64,000 nt of DNA from a virus: positions 96,001-160,000 of IMG/VR virus record IMGVR_UViG_3300023184_000030. One strand, given 5' to 3'. Shown here in pieces: positions 55,744-64,000 of this stretch. Each line of letters opens with the position of its first letter. The first letter of the stretch is position 1. Below the pieces are notes generated by a model. That model was not told the DNA's origin, ran no database searches, and saw only the letters and a program-made list of their open reading frames with translations. Made by a program: the position numbers and the translations under genes.

Positions 55744-57480
55744 TTAGATTCTTCTAGAATCTGGTCTAAATGGTTTATCTATTGCCGAAACTGTTAGCGG
55801 ACCTTCTAAAAGTCCTGCTATCCTAGTGAGTGCATTTTTTATATCCTGTATATCTTTATCGCTGCCCAATCCAGGTGTACCTGATCCTGTGGATTCATTT
55901 TGTGCATCACCAGATTTTTTACTATCAGTAGGCTGCGATTTACTGGTTAATTTATCATCCGAAGCATTAGTTTTTGGTGTACTTTTAATTTCAGCCGGAG
56001 CTTCTTTCTCTTTTGCAGGTTCCTTTTTAGATACGGGGGTGAGCTTTTTTACCTCGCTTACGAGAGCTGGTTTTTTATTTTGGGGAACAGGTTCATTAAG
56101 ATCCTTGTCTTTTTTATTATCTAATTTTTTAAGTGATCCTAATCCAGCTTTCACTAAAGCTCCGCCAGGTCCAAAATTTCCTGCAGCATTTCCTGCAACT
56201 CCAAGTGCGCCCTTTCCTATTTTAGATAGTAGTCCTGGTTTTTTTTCCTCAGTTTTTCCTTTTTCATCAGGTGATTTTTTTTCATCCGGTGCTTCGTCTT
56301 TATCTTTAGACTTATCCTTTTTAAATAATTTTGAGAAGAATCCTTTTTTAGATGCTTTTTCCTCTTTATCTTCAGGCTTATCCTTTTTAGGTTCTTCATC
56401 AGATTTAGTATTAAATCCTTCCTTTTCTAATTTAGATAATTTATCCTCTCTAGAAGCATCTTTAGCTTCTCCTTCTTCTTTTTCTTCTTGAGCTAATTTT
56501 GAATAGAATTCTGCTTTAGGATCTTTTTCCTCTTTATCTTTAGATTTATTTTTTTTACCTAATTTTGAAAAGAATCCTTTTTTAGATTCTTTTTCCTCTT
56601 TATCTTCAGACTTATCTTTTTTATCTAATTTCGTTTTATCAGATTTGCCTTTAATAAAATCTGAAAACTCCTTGTCTTCTGCTTCCTCGCCTTTTTCTCT
56701 ATCATAATTAAATACATAATCTTGTAGTTCTGATTCTATATCATCTTTAGAATTTTCTTTATCGTTAGATAGCCTGTATCTAATAATTCTTATTTCATTA
56801 TCGCTCGGATATCTCTGGCCAACTTTTGGTTTATCAGGTTTTACTATTTCTAGAAATTCATTATATCCCTTTTTATCCAACCCTTTTTCATATCTATATT
56901 CTGAATCTTTTTTATCTTTATCCTCTTTAGAAACGTTTAATTTATTTGAATCTATAAAAGATGCACTTTCATCAGCAGGTAAAACCTTTGTTCCCTTGGA
57001 TAAATTAACTATCTCTGGTCCCCTTTCACCAACTATTGCAGGTCCAGTTTTAGTAACATCCCCACCCTTTTCGAATTTAGGTATTTTTATATTTTTTATT
57101 AATGAACCTATATCAAATCCGGGTTTATCTTGGGATTTCTTACTTTCATTCGGCACTGATTTTTTAGGTGCCGGTTCATCTATTTTTACTTTATTTTCTT
57201 TTTTATCAGGAATAGTATTTTTTGGACCTTGGTTACCTACAATAGATTCAAGCATTTTGCTAATATCTCTTAAATGGTTATCGATATTATCAATCCCCTT
57301 ACTATTATCTATATTAGGTTTAGCATCATTTGGTGCAGGCTTTTTCTCAATCTTCCCTGCTGCAGGATTAGAAGCCTCAGTAACGGAAGTATTTTTCTTT
57401 AAAGCATCTGTTAGGGAATTCATATTCCTACCAAGATCTGCAATCTGAGAAAATAATTTTTGATTTGGGTCTGCTGCCAT
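55744..57480 (-). CDS. Tape-measure-position protein, highly charged and low-complexity
   Basis: IPKFEKGGDVTKTGPAIVGERGPEIV motif typical of tape-measure/tail proteins; follows gp26/gp51-like genes; K/E/D-rich with an internal repeat. Confidence 0.45.
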   Translation of the reverse strand: MAADPNQKLFSQIADLGRNMNSLTDALKKNTSVTEASNPAAGKIEKKPAPNDAKPNIDNSKGIDNIDNHLRDISKMLESIVGNQGPKNTIPDKKENKVKIDEPAPKKSVPNESKKSQDKPGFDIGSLIKNIKIPKFEKGGDVTKTGPAIVGERGPEIVNLSKGTKVLPADESASFIDSNKLNVSKEDKDKKDSEYRYEKGLDKKGYNEFLEIVKPDKPKVGQRYPSDNEIRIIRYRLSNDKENSKDDIESELQDYVFNYDREKGEEAEDKEFSDFIKGKSDKTKLDKKDKSEDKEEKESKKGFFSKLGKKNKSKDKEEKDPKAEFYSKLAQEEKEEGEAKDASREDKLSKLEKEGFNTKSDEEPKKDKPEDKEEKASKKGFFSKLFKKDKSKDKDEAPDEKKSPDEKGKTEEKKPGLLSKIGKGALGVAGNAAGNFGPGGALVKAGLGSLKKLDNKKDKDLNEPVPQNKKPALVSEVKKLTPVSKKEPAKEKEAPAEIKSTPKTNASDDKLTSKSQPTDSKKSGDAQNESTGSGTPGLGSDKDIQDIKNALTRIAGLLEGPLTVSAIDKPFRPDSRRI

Positions 57481-57533
57481 TTAGTTAGTATATTATATCT
57501 ATATATTCATTTACTAGGTATGCTTAAATATAA

Positions 57534-57767
57534 TTACCTACCGAAACTAAATACCTCTTTAATCCCGCTCTTAGCTTTATTTTCTGCATTATCCAATTCT
57601 ATGGCATCGTTAAGTTTATCTATCCATATCTGGTATTCGTAAAAGGGAATACTTTCAACCCACTCCGGGTCTAGACCATGTTCTCTCCATAATCTAAATT
57701 TAATATCAAAGTAGTTCTCTAAAGATATTTGAAATAACGAAAAGAGATCTGATCCCGTCGGGAAAGG
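57534..57767 (-). CDS. gp51-like baseplate hub / tail assembly chaperone segment without a canonical start (possible +1 frameshift product)
   Basis: 77 sense codons: ...LFQISLENYFDIKFRLWREHGLDPEWVESIPFYEYQIWIDKLNDAIELDN...; not in ORF track. Confidence 0.6.
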   Translation of the reverse strand, partial: PFPTGSDLFSLFQISLENYFDIKFRLWREHGLDPEWVESIPFYEYQIWIDKLNDAIELDNAENKAKSGIKEVFSFGR

Positions 57768-58779
57768 TTATTCTAGCGGTGACCTCCATATCACCGCATA
57801 CTGGGCACTTTTGATTTACTTCTAGTTTTGTACCTACTTTAATTCTTTCAGAAAGTTCAAAATATAAGCTAAATTCTTCTTTTGTCCAATAGTCGCTTTC
57901 TCTCATTCTTGAAAGTATTCCTTGGAAATTTAGATCCCTCCATTCATTAAATAGGAAGGGAGCTATATTAAGAAATCCCTCATCAACCTCAATATCTCTT
58001 TTATCACATTCTTTTACGAAAGATACTATTTCTTGTGTTACTCCTATACTAGGTATGTATAGATTTATTGTTTTATCAATTTTTTTGATATTAAAAACAA
58101 ATCCCCTTGTTTCTTCATTATAATATCGGGATACGTTTTCGTCTAAAACATAGGAACTTAATACCCCAGTTCTTAATTCTATTCCATCATTGAATGGACA
58201 ATCCACTGTTTGGTTGCAATTTTTCTTAGGTTTAAGTATTATCGAATTCTCGCCCTTTATAAAAGTAAGATCCCTAATAGCCATTATTATAAAAAATCTA
58301 TCCTCCTGTTTAAGATCCTTATAAGAAACTACACCTTCATTGGGAAATTCCATTCTAGAGCACCTATCTATAATATGTGTTAACTTTTCCTCGATATCCA
58401 ATTTATCATCATCGTCAATAGTTGAAAAATGCCTTATCTCCCTAACCTCTGCTGCTCTAATAGCAATCTTTGTTCCATCGGGATAGTATTTACCGCCTGA
58501 AGGTAGAATGATGACTGGTATGTTTTTCCATCCCGTTTCAAACGAAACCGGCTTATTTAAAATTTGGGATTTACCCAATGATGACACCGATTCGACATTT
58601 TGAATTGGTTGAATCGGTTGTTGTTCTGGCCGATGAATTGCCTCAGTGTTATTTAAGGATTCAGTGACTTTAGATGTGTTATCTGCTACTACTGAAACGG
58701 GATTAGGGTCATCATATTCTATACCCCCTGCAATTTCCTTTCTTCTAAGTACTTCTTCTGGTGAAATGTTGTTATCCAT
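57706..58779 (-). CDS. Baseplate hub assembly protein (T4 gp26-like)
   Basis: ILPSGGKYY, DLKQEDRFFIIMAIR, C..C and CPVCG pairs, TFPDGIRSLF; follows tube genes. Confidence 0.6.
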   Translation of the reverse strand: MDNNISPEEVLRRKEIAGGIEYDDPNPVSVVADNTSKVTESLNNTEAIHRPEQQPIQPIQNVESVSSLGKSQILNKPVSFETGWKNIPVIILPSGGKYYPDGTKIAIRAAEVREIRHFSTIDDDDKLDIEEKLTHIIDRCSRMEFPNEGVVSYKDLKQEDRFFIIMAIRDLTFIKGENSIILKPKKNCNQTVDCPFNDGIELRTGVLSSYVLDENVSRYYNEETRGFVFNIKKIDKTINLYIPSIGVTQEIVSFVKECDKRDIEVDEGFLNIAPFLFNEWRDLNFQGILSRMRESDYWTKEEFSLYFELSERIKVGTKLEVNQKCPVCGDMEVTARITFPDGIRSLFVISNIFRELL

Positions 58780-58810
58780 GTATTTACTTTTGTTTTCTTA
58801 TTATATAACA

Positions 58811-58847
58811 AAAAACAAAAAAGGAGACAAATTAATGGTCTCCTTTT
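58811..58847 (-). terminator. Terminator after tube genes
   Basis: Stem AAAAGGAGAC/GTCTCCTTTT plus T-run. Confidence 0.7.
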
Positions 58848-58869
58848 GCATTTAATTGAAAATATATCG

Positions 58870-59445
58870 TTACATAAACAAATCTTCCCAGTAATCACAT
58901 ATCCATGATGCAGATACCGTGTAGATAGCTGGATTTTCGTAATCTAACTGCATATCATTAATAGCAGTACTGATAAAGCAAGAAGGTATTCTAATTCTTC
59001 TAAATACATCTCCTCTTTTATTAAATATTGAGATAACCATAGAACCAACATAATCGCTCTTAATACCCATCGCACCGGTTAGCGGGTTATAGATCAAATC
59101 GCTCCATTGTCTAAGTATCTTATAAACACTCATTGAATTTACGTCATTTAAGTTGACCTCAAATTCCATTGTTAATGTCATATCACTGGTAGTAGGCTCA
59201 CCTGCAGCATATCTTCTTTGAGCAAACTTGTAGGTTTGTTCAACGTTTCCGTTTGCTAAAATATCTACAGCCAAACCAGTTATAGATTTAACCTGTTGTG
59301 CTAAAATTGATTCTCCCTTGAAAGTCGTGTTAGCATCTACTATTCCCGAAGGAGGCGTGATCAAAACCTCAAATTGGTTAAGATATACCGGTTCATAGTT
59401 GTTTATCGCGGCTTTAGAATTTGTATAATGTGGTAAACCTGCCAT
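58870..59445 (-). CDS. gp19: Tail tube protein, paralog 2
   Basis: EPVYLNQFEV, RQWSDLIYNPLTGAMG, DYWED; follows sheath. Confidence 0.8.
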   Translation of the reverse strand: MAGLPHYTNSKAAINNYEPVYLNQFEVLITPPSGIVDANTTFKGESILAQQVKSITGLAVDILANGNVEQTYKFAQRRYAAGEPTTSDMTLTMEFEVNLNDVNSMSVYKILRQWSDLIYNPLTGAMGIKSDYVGSMVISIFNKRGDVFRRIRIPSCFISTAINDMQLDYENPAIYTVSASWICDYWEDLFM

Positions 59446-59462
59446 TTATTTTTTTTATTTTT

Positions 59463-60017
59463 TTATAAGAATAAATCATCCCAATAATCAACTGCCCAAG
59501 TCATATCATCTATTTTGAATATATCGGTCGAGGTGTAATTAAGATTCATTTCACTTATTGCTTTAGTAGGATAGCAGTCTCTGCATGTTATTCTTCTGAA
59601 AACGTCCCCTTGTTTATTAAAGATAGAAACTACAATAGTACCCGTATAGTCATTCTTGAGGCCCATTGCTCCTGTTAATGGATTATAAATTAAATCACTC
59701 CATTGTCTCAATGTTTTAAAAACATACATTGAGTTGTCATCATTTAAGTTGACGGTAAAGCTTAAACTTAAATCCAGATAGGTATTATCGGGTTTAGCAC
59801 CAGCATAATTTCTTTTAGCAAACTTATACTTTTGCGTAACCAGTCCTGGGTTTTTATCTAAGGTAAGACCTCCAACCTTTGTTACTTGCTGAAGGAGTAT
59901 TTCTCCACCGATAACAGCAGAGGGTGGTATAACCGTAACCTCAAACTGATTCAGGTAAACAGGTTCATACTTGTTTATTGCTGATAGTGAATTTTGATAA
60001 TGTGATAGTCCTGCCAT
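59463..60017 (-). CDS. gp19: Tail tube protein, paralog 1
   Basis: Same motifs; GATAAATA at 60028-60035. Confidence 0.8.
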   Translation of the reverse strand: MAGLSHYQNSLSAINKYEPVYLNQFEVTVIPPSAVIGGEILLQQVTKVGGLTLDKNPGLVTQKYKFAKRNYAGAKPDNTYLDLSLSFTVNLNDDNSMYVFKTLRQWSDLIYNPLTGAMGLKNDYTGTIVVSIFNKQGDVFRRITCRDCYPTKAISEMNLNYTSTDIFKIDDMTWAVDYWDDLFL

Positions 60018-60063
60018 ATTCAGTTTATATTTATCTTAGTTGCCCAAAAGGCTCCAATTCGCA

Positions 60064-63000
60064 TTATACGAATTGGGTAAAGCCTCCTGCTGCTATACCA
60101 CCTGTTCTTGTAACAGTAATTCTATTAATGAATTTCTGTATACCTCTAGCAGGTTCGATGATAACGTCTATGATTCCCATATTCATATCGATGATTGCTG
60201 GAGTGTTATTAGAAGCATCCATAACAGTTTGGTAGTTGTAGATTCCGCCTCCGGCTCTTACACCGTCTAAGTAGTTATCTACTAATGTTTTAATTTCAAG
60301 TCTAATTGAATCGTCATTGAAATCAAATAAGTAGTTAGAAAGAATTGACTGAACGTCAGTTTCAATACTTATTAAAAGATCTCTTACGTGAACTAAGTTG
60401 AACGCAGAGTTAACTTGCTGATAAGCAGTTTGGTTACCGAAGATAACTACTCCGATTCCTCTTCTCTTGATGATTGGGTTAATACCGAACGGTTCAAGAT
60501 TTCCTCTGTCCTCATCAGTAAAGTCATATTCAACTCCTACGATATTACCGCCTCCGCTTAGAATACCTCTTTTTTGACCTGCGATAATTGCATAAGGTTC
60601 ACCGGTAGCAAATTTTCTAACAAAGTTATTAGATACCATAGCAGCTGGTGGTACGTTTAGATTTCTATTAGATTCTCTGATAGTAATATAAGGAGCGTAG
60701 AATGCAGCAAATTTAGATCCTTCTGCTTCACTAGGTAAGCTGAAAGTATAAGAAGGATTTAGTGATAGGTTACCCCCATCAGCTATATAAGCAGTATTTA
60801 AACTTGGATAAGGATTAACAGCTGTAGGTGCGTTAGTAAATCTAGGATCTGTACTCTTTTGAAACTGTTCCATAGAAGGAGCATTAATAAGAGCAAGCGA
60901 TTGTTGTCTAATCATTGCTAATCTACTTAACTGGTATTTAGAGTTAGGTAAGATTTGGCCAGAGAATGTATCTACCACATATCTGAATGATATAACGTCC
61001 TTAGAAGCTAATGTCTTAGCGATGTTAGTATCGTACATAACATCAAGTATTTCAGAAACCCTAGCATCACTACCATTAGGCCTGTGTGATTCTTTCATAG
61101 TGAATCCAGAAAGATAAGCGAAATCAAAAGATCTTGTAAATTGAGATATCGATTGGAATTTCTGAACTCTAGACGTATTACCGTCTCCTGAATAATAAAG
61201 GATTGGTCTAGCACATACTACTCTGTAAGTTCCTGATGTAGTTGTCGAAGCAACAGTGGTAATCTTAGCTAATCTGCTTTGTTGATTACCTGTTGCAGGC
61301 ACGCAGATGTCAAGATCAGTACATACTACCAAATCTCCAACCGAAAAAGGTACGTTTCCATTAGAGTCTTCAGTTACATAGAATGATGTTGTGTCTATTC
61401 TAGTACAGTCTACGAATTCGTTAATCGATCCCTCTTGAGAGATAATATCAAATTGCTGATCATCTACCGAAGTACCTATATTATCAGAAGCGTAAGTAGC
61501 AGAAAATAAAGCTATATTATTTATAGTGTTACCAGCTAAAGAAACGTTTGTATGAGATCTTGTGTTAACGTAATTAAACTGATCTCTATCTATTGTGTTT
61601 TCAAAAGTAAGATAATTTACAGAAGATCCTGCTGAATTTAACCAAACGATGTCACCGTCTGCAAGTTCAGCATATTTAACATTTTGGAATAATGGAGATG
61701 CGTTATAAGCTTGCAGAACAATTGATGTTCCGTTAGCAGCATTAGGACCAGTTACACCGTTAGGCGTAGGCACGTTAGCAACTCTATCTAAGTAGTCGGA
61801 GTTACCGAATTGGTAAGCACTAGAGTAAAAAGGTTTATTACTTCCAGAGGCTCCGGTGTTGTAAGAGGTTAAGCTATAAACAGGAGATACTGTTATACCT
61901 TGAGATCTATAGTAAGCTGTATCTAACGGGTGAGAGAAGAATACTCTAAGCTCCCCGCTAACATCTTTAGTTCCGGTAACTTTAAGTTTAACCAAATCAT
62001 GTAAAGAGAATTGGTTTATTAATGCTCCTGTTGCTCCGGAGATACCTTCAACTATACCAATTATGTATTTCTGATCGTTAGAAGAGTTAACTGTTAAGAA
62101 AGTTTTTAGTTCATTCTTTTCAGTAGCACCGCTTAAGTATCCAGCAGCTCCACTAGTTCCTGCTGTTTGTAAGTAATGTAATCCACCGTCATAAGCATTA
62201 GCATCATAAGCGGCAAAAGCTTGATAAGCAATACCTGCTGTTGATCCTGCGTTGATAGTGAATAAAGTACCTGTGTTCATACCAGATGTGTATCCTGTAG
62301 CTCCGGTAGGACCAACAAATCCTCCAGCTCCAGTAACCCCTATTACATTCTGCGTGTAGAGGTAATCGGCAACTAATGCCTGATCGTAACTTAAGAAGTT
62401 AATTGCAGGGTTAGCTAAATCTCTATTTCCCGATAATTCATCGATAAGGTGATTACCTACTAGATCAATCTGATATGGATTAGAGCAAATGTTATCGAAT
62501 GCTTGTTCATCAATAGCACAGAATAAACCTGTTGCTGGCGAGTTAGCATTTACTAATGTTTGAATATACTGGTTAACCCCATTAAGATCCACAAAGTCAG
62601 GAATTATACATCCGGTTACTGAAGTAACTATATTAACATCCTGTTGATTAAGGAAAGAGTCTATTTGGCTTTTTATAAATCCATTATTAGTAAAGTAATT
62701 AGACCATTTAGGATCTAAAGCTAAAGCTGCATAATTTGTCCAATCTCCGGATACTGCTATTACATCAATGAAATAATCTGACATATAGTCATAAGGGTGC
62801 ATAAAGGTAGGAACGTTATTAGCTCCATACCAATCTAATGCAAAGATATCATAACCTTTTAAAGGTTTAGTCGAGTCAGTAGACTTTCTAGTAATAATAC
62901 TAATAGGGGTTTTACCTAAATTGGTTAAAGCAAATAGCCTTCCTGTATCAGGTGTACTTAACGTTGCTAAGAAATATTTTGTATCTGCATACCAGAATCT

Positions 63001-63414
63001 CTCTTTATTGTAGTAAGATGAATATAACTCAGATGTTACCACCCCGTTATATTGCTCAGTATCAAGAGAGTATGCTATGTATGTAACCTCATCGGCATTT
63101 CCTGTGTCAGTATCATCATTTAACTTTAATAGATTTAATCCAAATACTGGACCTGTATTTAAACAAGTTAGTATAGATCTATGGAAGAAAGATCCCTTAT
63201 TTTCTAAAGATCTATCAATGTCTCCAAACACAGAGATCATAGTAGTAGGATCTGGAATGTACACAGGAGTATTGAAAGGTCCTTTGTTTGAGAAACCCAC
63301 AACCAATCTAATCGTTTGAGATGTTAGGATGACGCTTTGTGACGCGTCAAATTCAAGAGTATAAACTCCTGAGGCTTTAAACTGGGAATAGTCTATTTTA
63401 ACCTTATTTGCCAT
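60064..63414 (-). CDS. gp18: Tail sheath protein (gp18-like) with large central insertion
   Basis: SGVYTLEFD, VVGFSNKGPFNTP, VPPAAMV, AGQKRG, GINPI, FGNQT, VHVRDLL, YLFDFND; late motif at 63445-63452. Confidence 0.9.
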   Translation of the reverse strand: MANKVKIDYSQFKASGVYTLEFDASQSVILTSQTIRLVVGFSNKGPFNTPVYIPDPTTMISVFGDIDRSLENKGSFFHRSILTCLNTGPVFGLNLLKLNDDTDTGNADEVTYIAYSLDTEQYNGVVTSELYSSYYNKERFWYADTKYFLATLSTPDTGRLFALTNLGKTPISIITRKSTDSTKPLKGYDIFALDWYGANNVPTFMHPYDYMSDYFIDVIAVSGDWTNYAALALDPKWSNYFTNNGFIKSQIDSFLNQQDVNIVTSVTGCIIPDFVDLNGVNQYIQTLVNANSPATGLFCAIDEQAFDNICSNPYQIDLVGNHLIDELSGNRDLANPAINFLSYDQALVADYLYTQNVIGVTGAGGFVGPTGATGYTSGMNTGTLFTINAGSTAGIAYQAFAAYDANAYDGGLHYLQTAGTSGAAGYLSGATEKNELKTFLTVNSSNDQKYIIGIVEGISGATGALINQFSLHDLVKLKVTGTKDVSGELRVFFSHPLDTAYYRSQGITVSPVYSLTSYNTGASGSNKPFYSSAYQFGNSDYLDRVANVPTPNGVTGPNAANGTSIVLQAYNASPLFQNVKYAELADGDIVWLNSAGSSVNYLTFENTIDRDQFNYVNTRSHTNVSLAGNTINNIALFSATYASDNIGTSVDDQQFDIISQEGSINEFVDCTRIDTTSFYVTEDSNGNVPFSVGDLVVCTDLDICVPATGNQQSRLAKITTVASTTTSGTYRVVCARPILYYSGDGNTSRVQKFQSISQFTRSFDFAYLSGFTMKESHRPNGSDARVSEILDVMYDTNIAKTLASKDVISFRYVVDTFSGQILPNSKYQLSRLAMIRQQSLALINAPSMEQFQKSTDPRFTNAPTAVNPYPSLNTAYIADGGNLSLNPSYTFSLPSEAEGSKFAAFYAPYITIRESNRNLNVPPAAMVSNNFVRKFATGEPYAIIAGQKRGILSGGGNIVGVEYDFTDEDRGNLEPFGINPIIKRRGIGVVIFGNQTAYQQVNSAFNLVHVRDLLISIETDVQSILSNYLFDFNDDSIRLEIKTLVDNYLDGVRAGGGIYNYQTVMDASNNTPAIIDMNMGIIDVIIEPARGIQKFINRITVTRTGGIAAGGFTQFV

Positions 63415-63487
63415 TATTTTTTAAGATATTTTTTGCTTCTTTACTATATATCGAAATAGAAAGTAGAATATTAGATCCGTTGCATGT

Positions 63488-64000
63488 TTAGAGCAATTTA
63501 TTGAAATCTCCATAGCTTCTTCCATCTTTAGTGGAAGGACCTCTATTTCCGTATCCGTATTCATCGTTTTCCGTTGATATACCAGCTTCAAGCTTTAGTG
63601 TTATTAATTGTTTATATTCATTGTCGAGTTCATCAAACACATCGCCAACCATCTGATTAAAATCGTACCCATCAAAAAGACCCGGCAAATTCACCAAAGT
63701 CATTGCTACGTCATCGTGTCCAGTTTGGCTAGAATATGTTCCTCTGTTATTAAGTCCGAATGTAAATAGTTCAGGGATTGTCCATTTCTTATCATTTACT
63801 AAGATTTTTCCCTCCCTTATTAAGCTTCTTAGAAGTTCGCAGTACTTCATCTTATTCTTTTCGTTGTACTTAATACCTGGTTTTAAAATCCTTGCAGATT
63901 CAGAATGCTTTGTGAATAAGAACATCTCATCGTAATAATCATCATCAGTCATTAATTTTTCATAAAGTAATTCACCTTTGAAGTTCATTTCAATAGCTAG
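63488..64000 (-). CDS. gp17: Terminase large subunit, C-terminal nuclease part (partial; start beyond window)
   Basis: LAIEMNFKGE, ELFTF, YSSQTGHDDVAMTL; frame open to the window edge. Confidence 0.8.
   Translation of the reverse strand, partial: LAIEMNFKGELLYEKLMTDDDYYDEMFLFTKHSESARILKPGIKYNEKNKMKYCELLRSLIREGKILVNDKKWTIPELFTFGLNNRGTYSSQTGHDDVAMTLVNLPGLFDGYDFNQMVGDVFDELDNEYKQLITLKLEAGISTENDEYGYGNRGPSTKDGRSYGDFNKLL

Noticed and set aside
1187-63319. Many short plus-strand and nested ORFs in the track (for example 25805..26434, 55826..56491, 38846..39286)
   Set aside because: Antisense to well-supported genes, with S/L/F-rich composition that mirrors K/E-rich sense codons
1-64000. Stop-codon reassignment as in some Bacteroidota jumbo phages
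   Set aside because: Genes are full length and tightly packed in the standard code, and TAG and TGA both occur as stops (for example 38029 and 57706)
1-64000. tRNA/rRNA genes, integrase, transposons, introns or inteins
   Set aside because: No intergenic space or motifs supporting them were seen; ligase, clamp loader and capsid genes are uninterrupted

Overview
This window is a gene-dense, AT-rich 64 kb segment of a large (jumbo-type) T4-superfamily myophage genome. It reads in the standard genetic code, and every gene but one (19071..19799) is on the minus strand. In transcription order (high to low coordinates) it encodes: terminase C-terminus, tail sheath, two tail-tube paralogs, gp26/gp51-like hub proteins, a charged tape-measure-position protein, dCMP deaminase, an ECF sigma factor, a PD-(D/E)XK nuclease, membrane proteins, an 839-aa probable head-core protein, gp55-like late sigma, gp4, gp2, two tandem full-length portal genes, DNA ligase, clamp loader, guanylate kinase, RNase H-like nuclease, a degenerate UvsE, a 3'-5' exonuclease, a nucleotidyltransferase, a fused prohead protease-scaffold, major capsid protein, probable internal head proteins, an NMP kinase plus AsnB-like pair, a Nudix hydrolase, baseplate genes, a ribosomal protein S1-like protein, an amidoligase-like protein, neck gp13, gp25 and gp6. 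TAnnTTTG promoters and SD-less A-rich leaders point to a Bacteroidota host (inference). Main observations: (1) a duplicated portal sharing the C-terminus EEKAPEVTL; (2) three promoter classes forming a plausible host sigma -> phage ECF sigma -> gp55-like sigma cascade; (3) two candidate programmed frameshifts missed by the ORF track (-1 near 47670, +1 near 57750); (4) a cohort of proteins with T4-like capsid-targeting N-termini. All product calls come from motif recognition by eye; no database searches were run.
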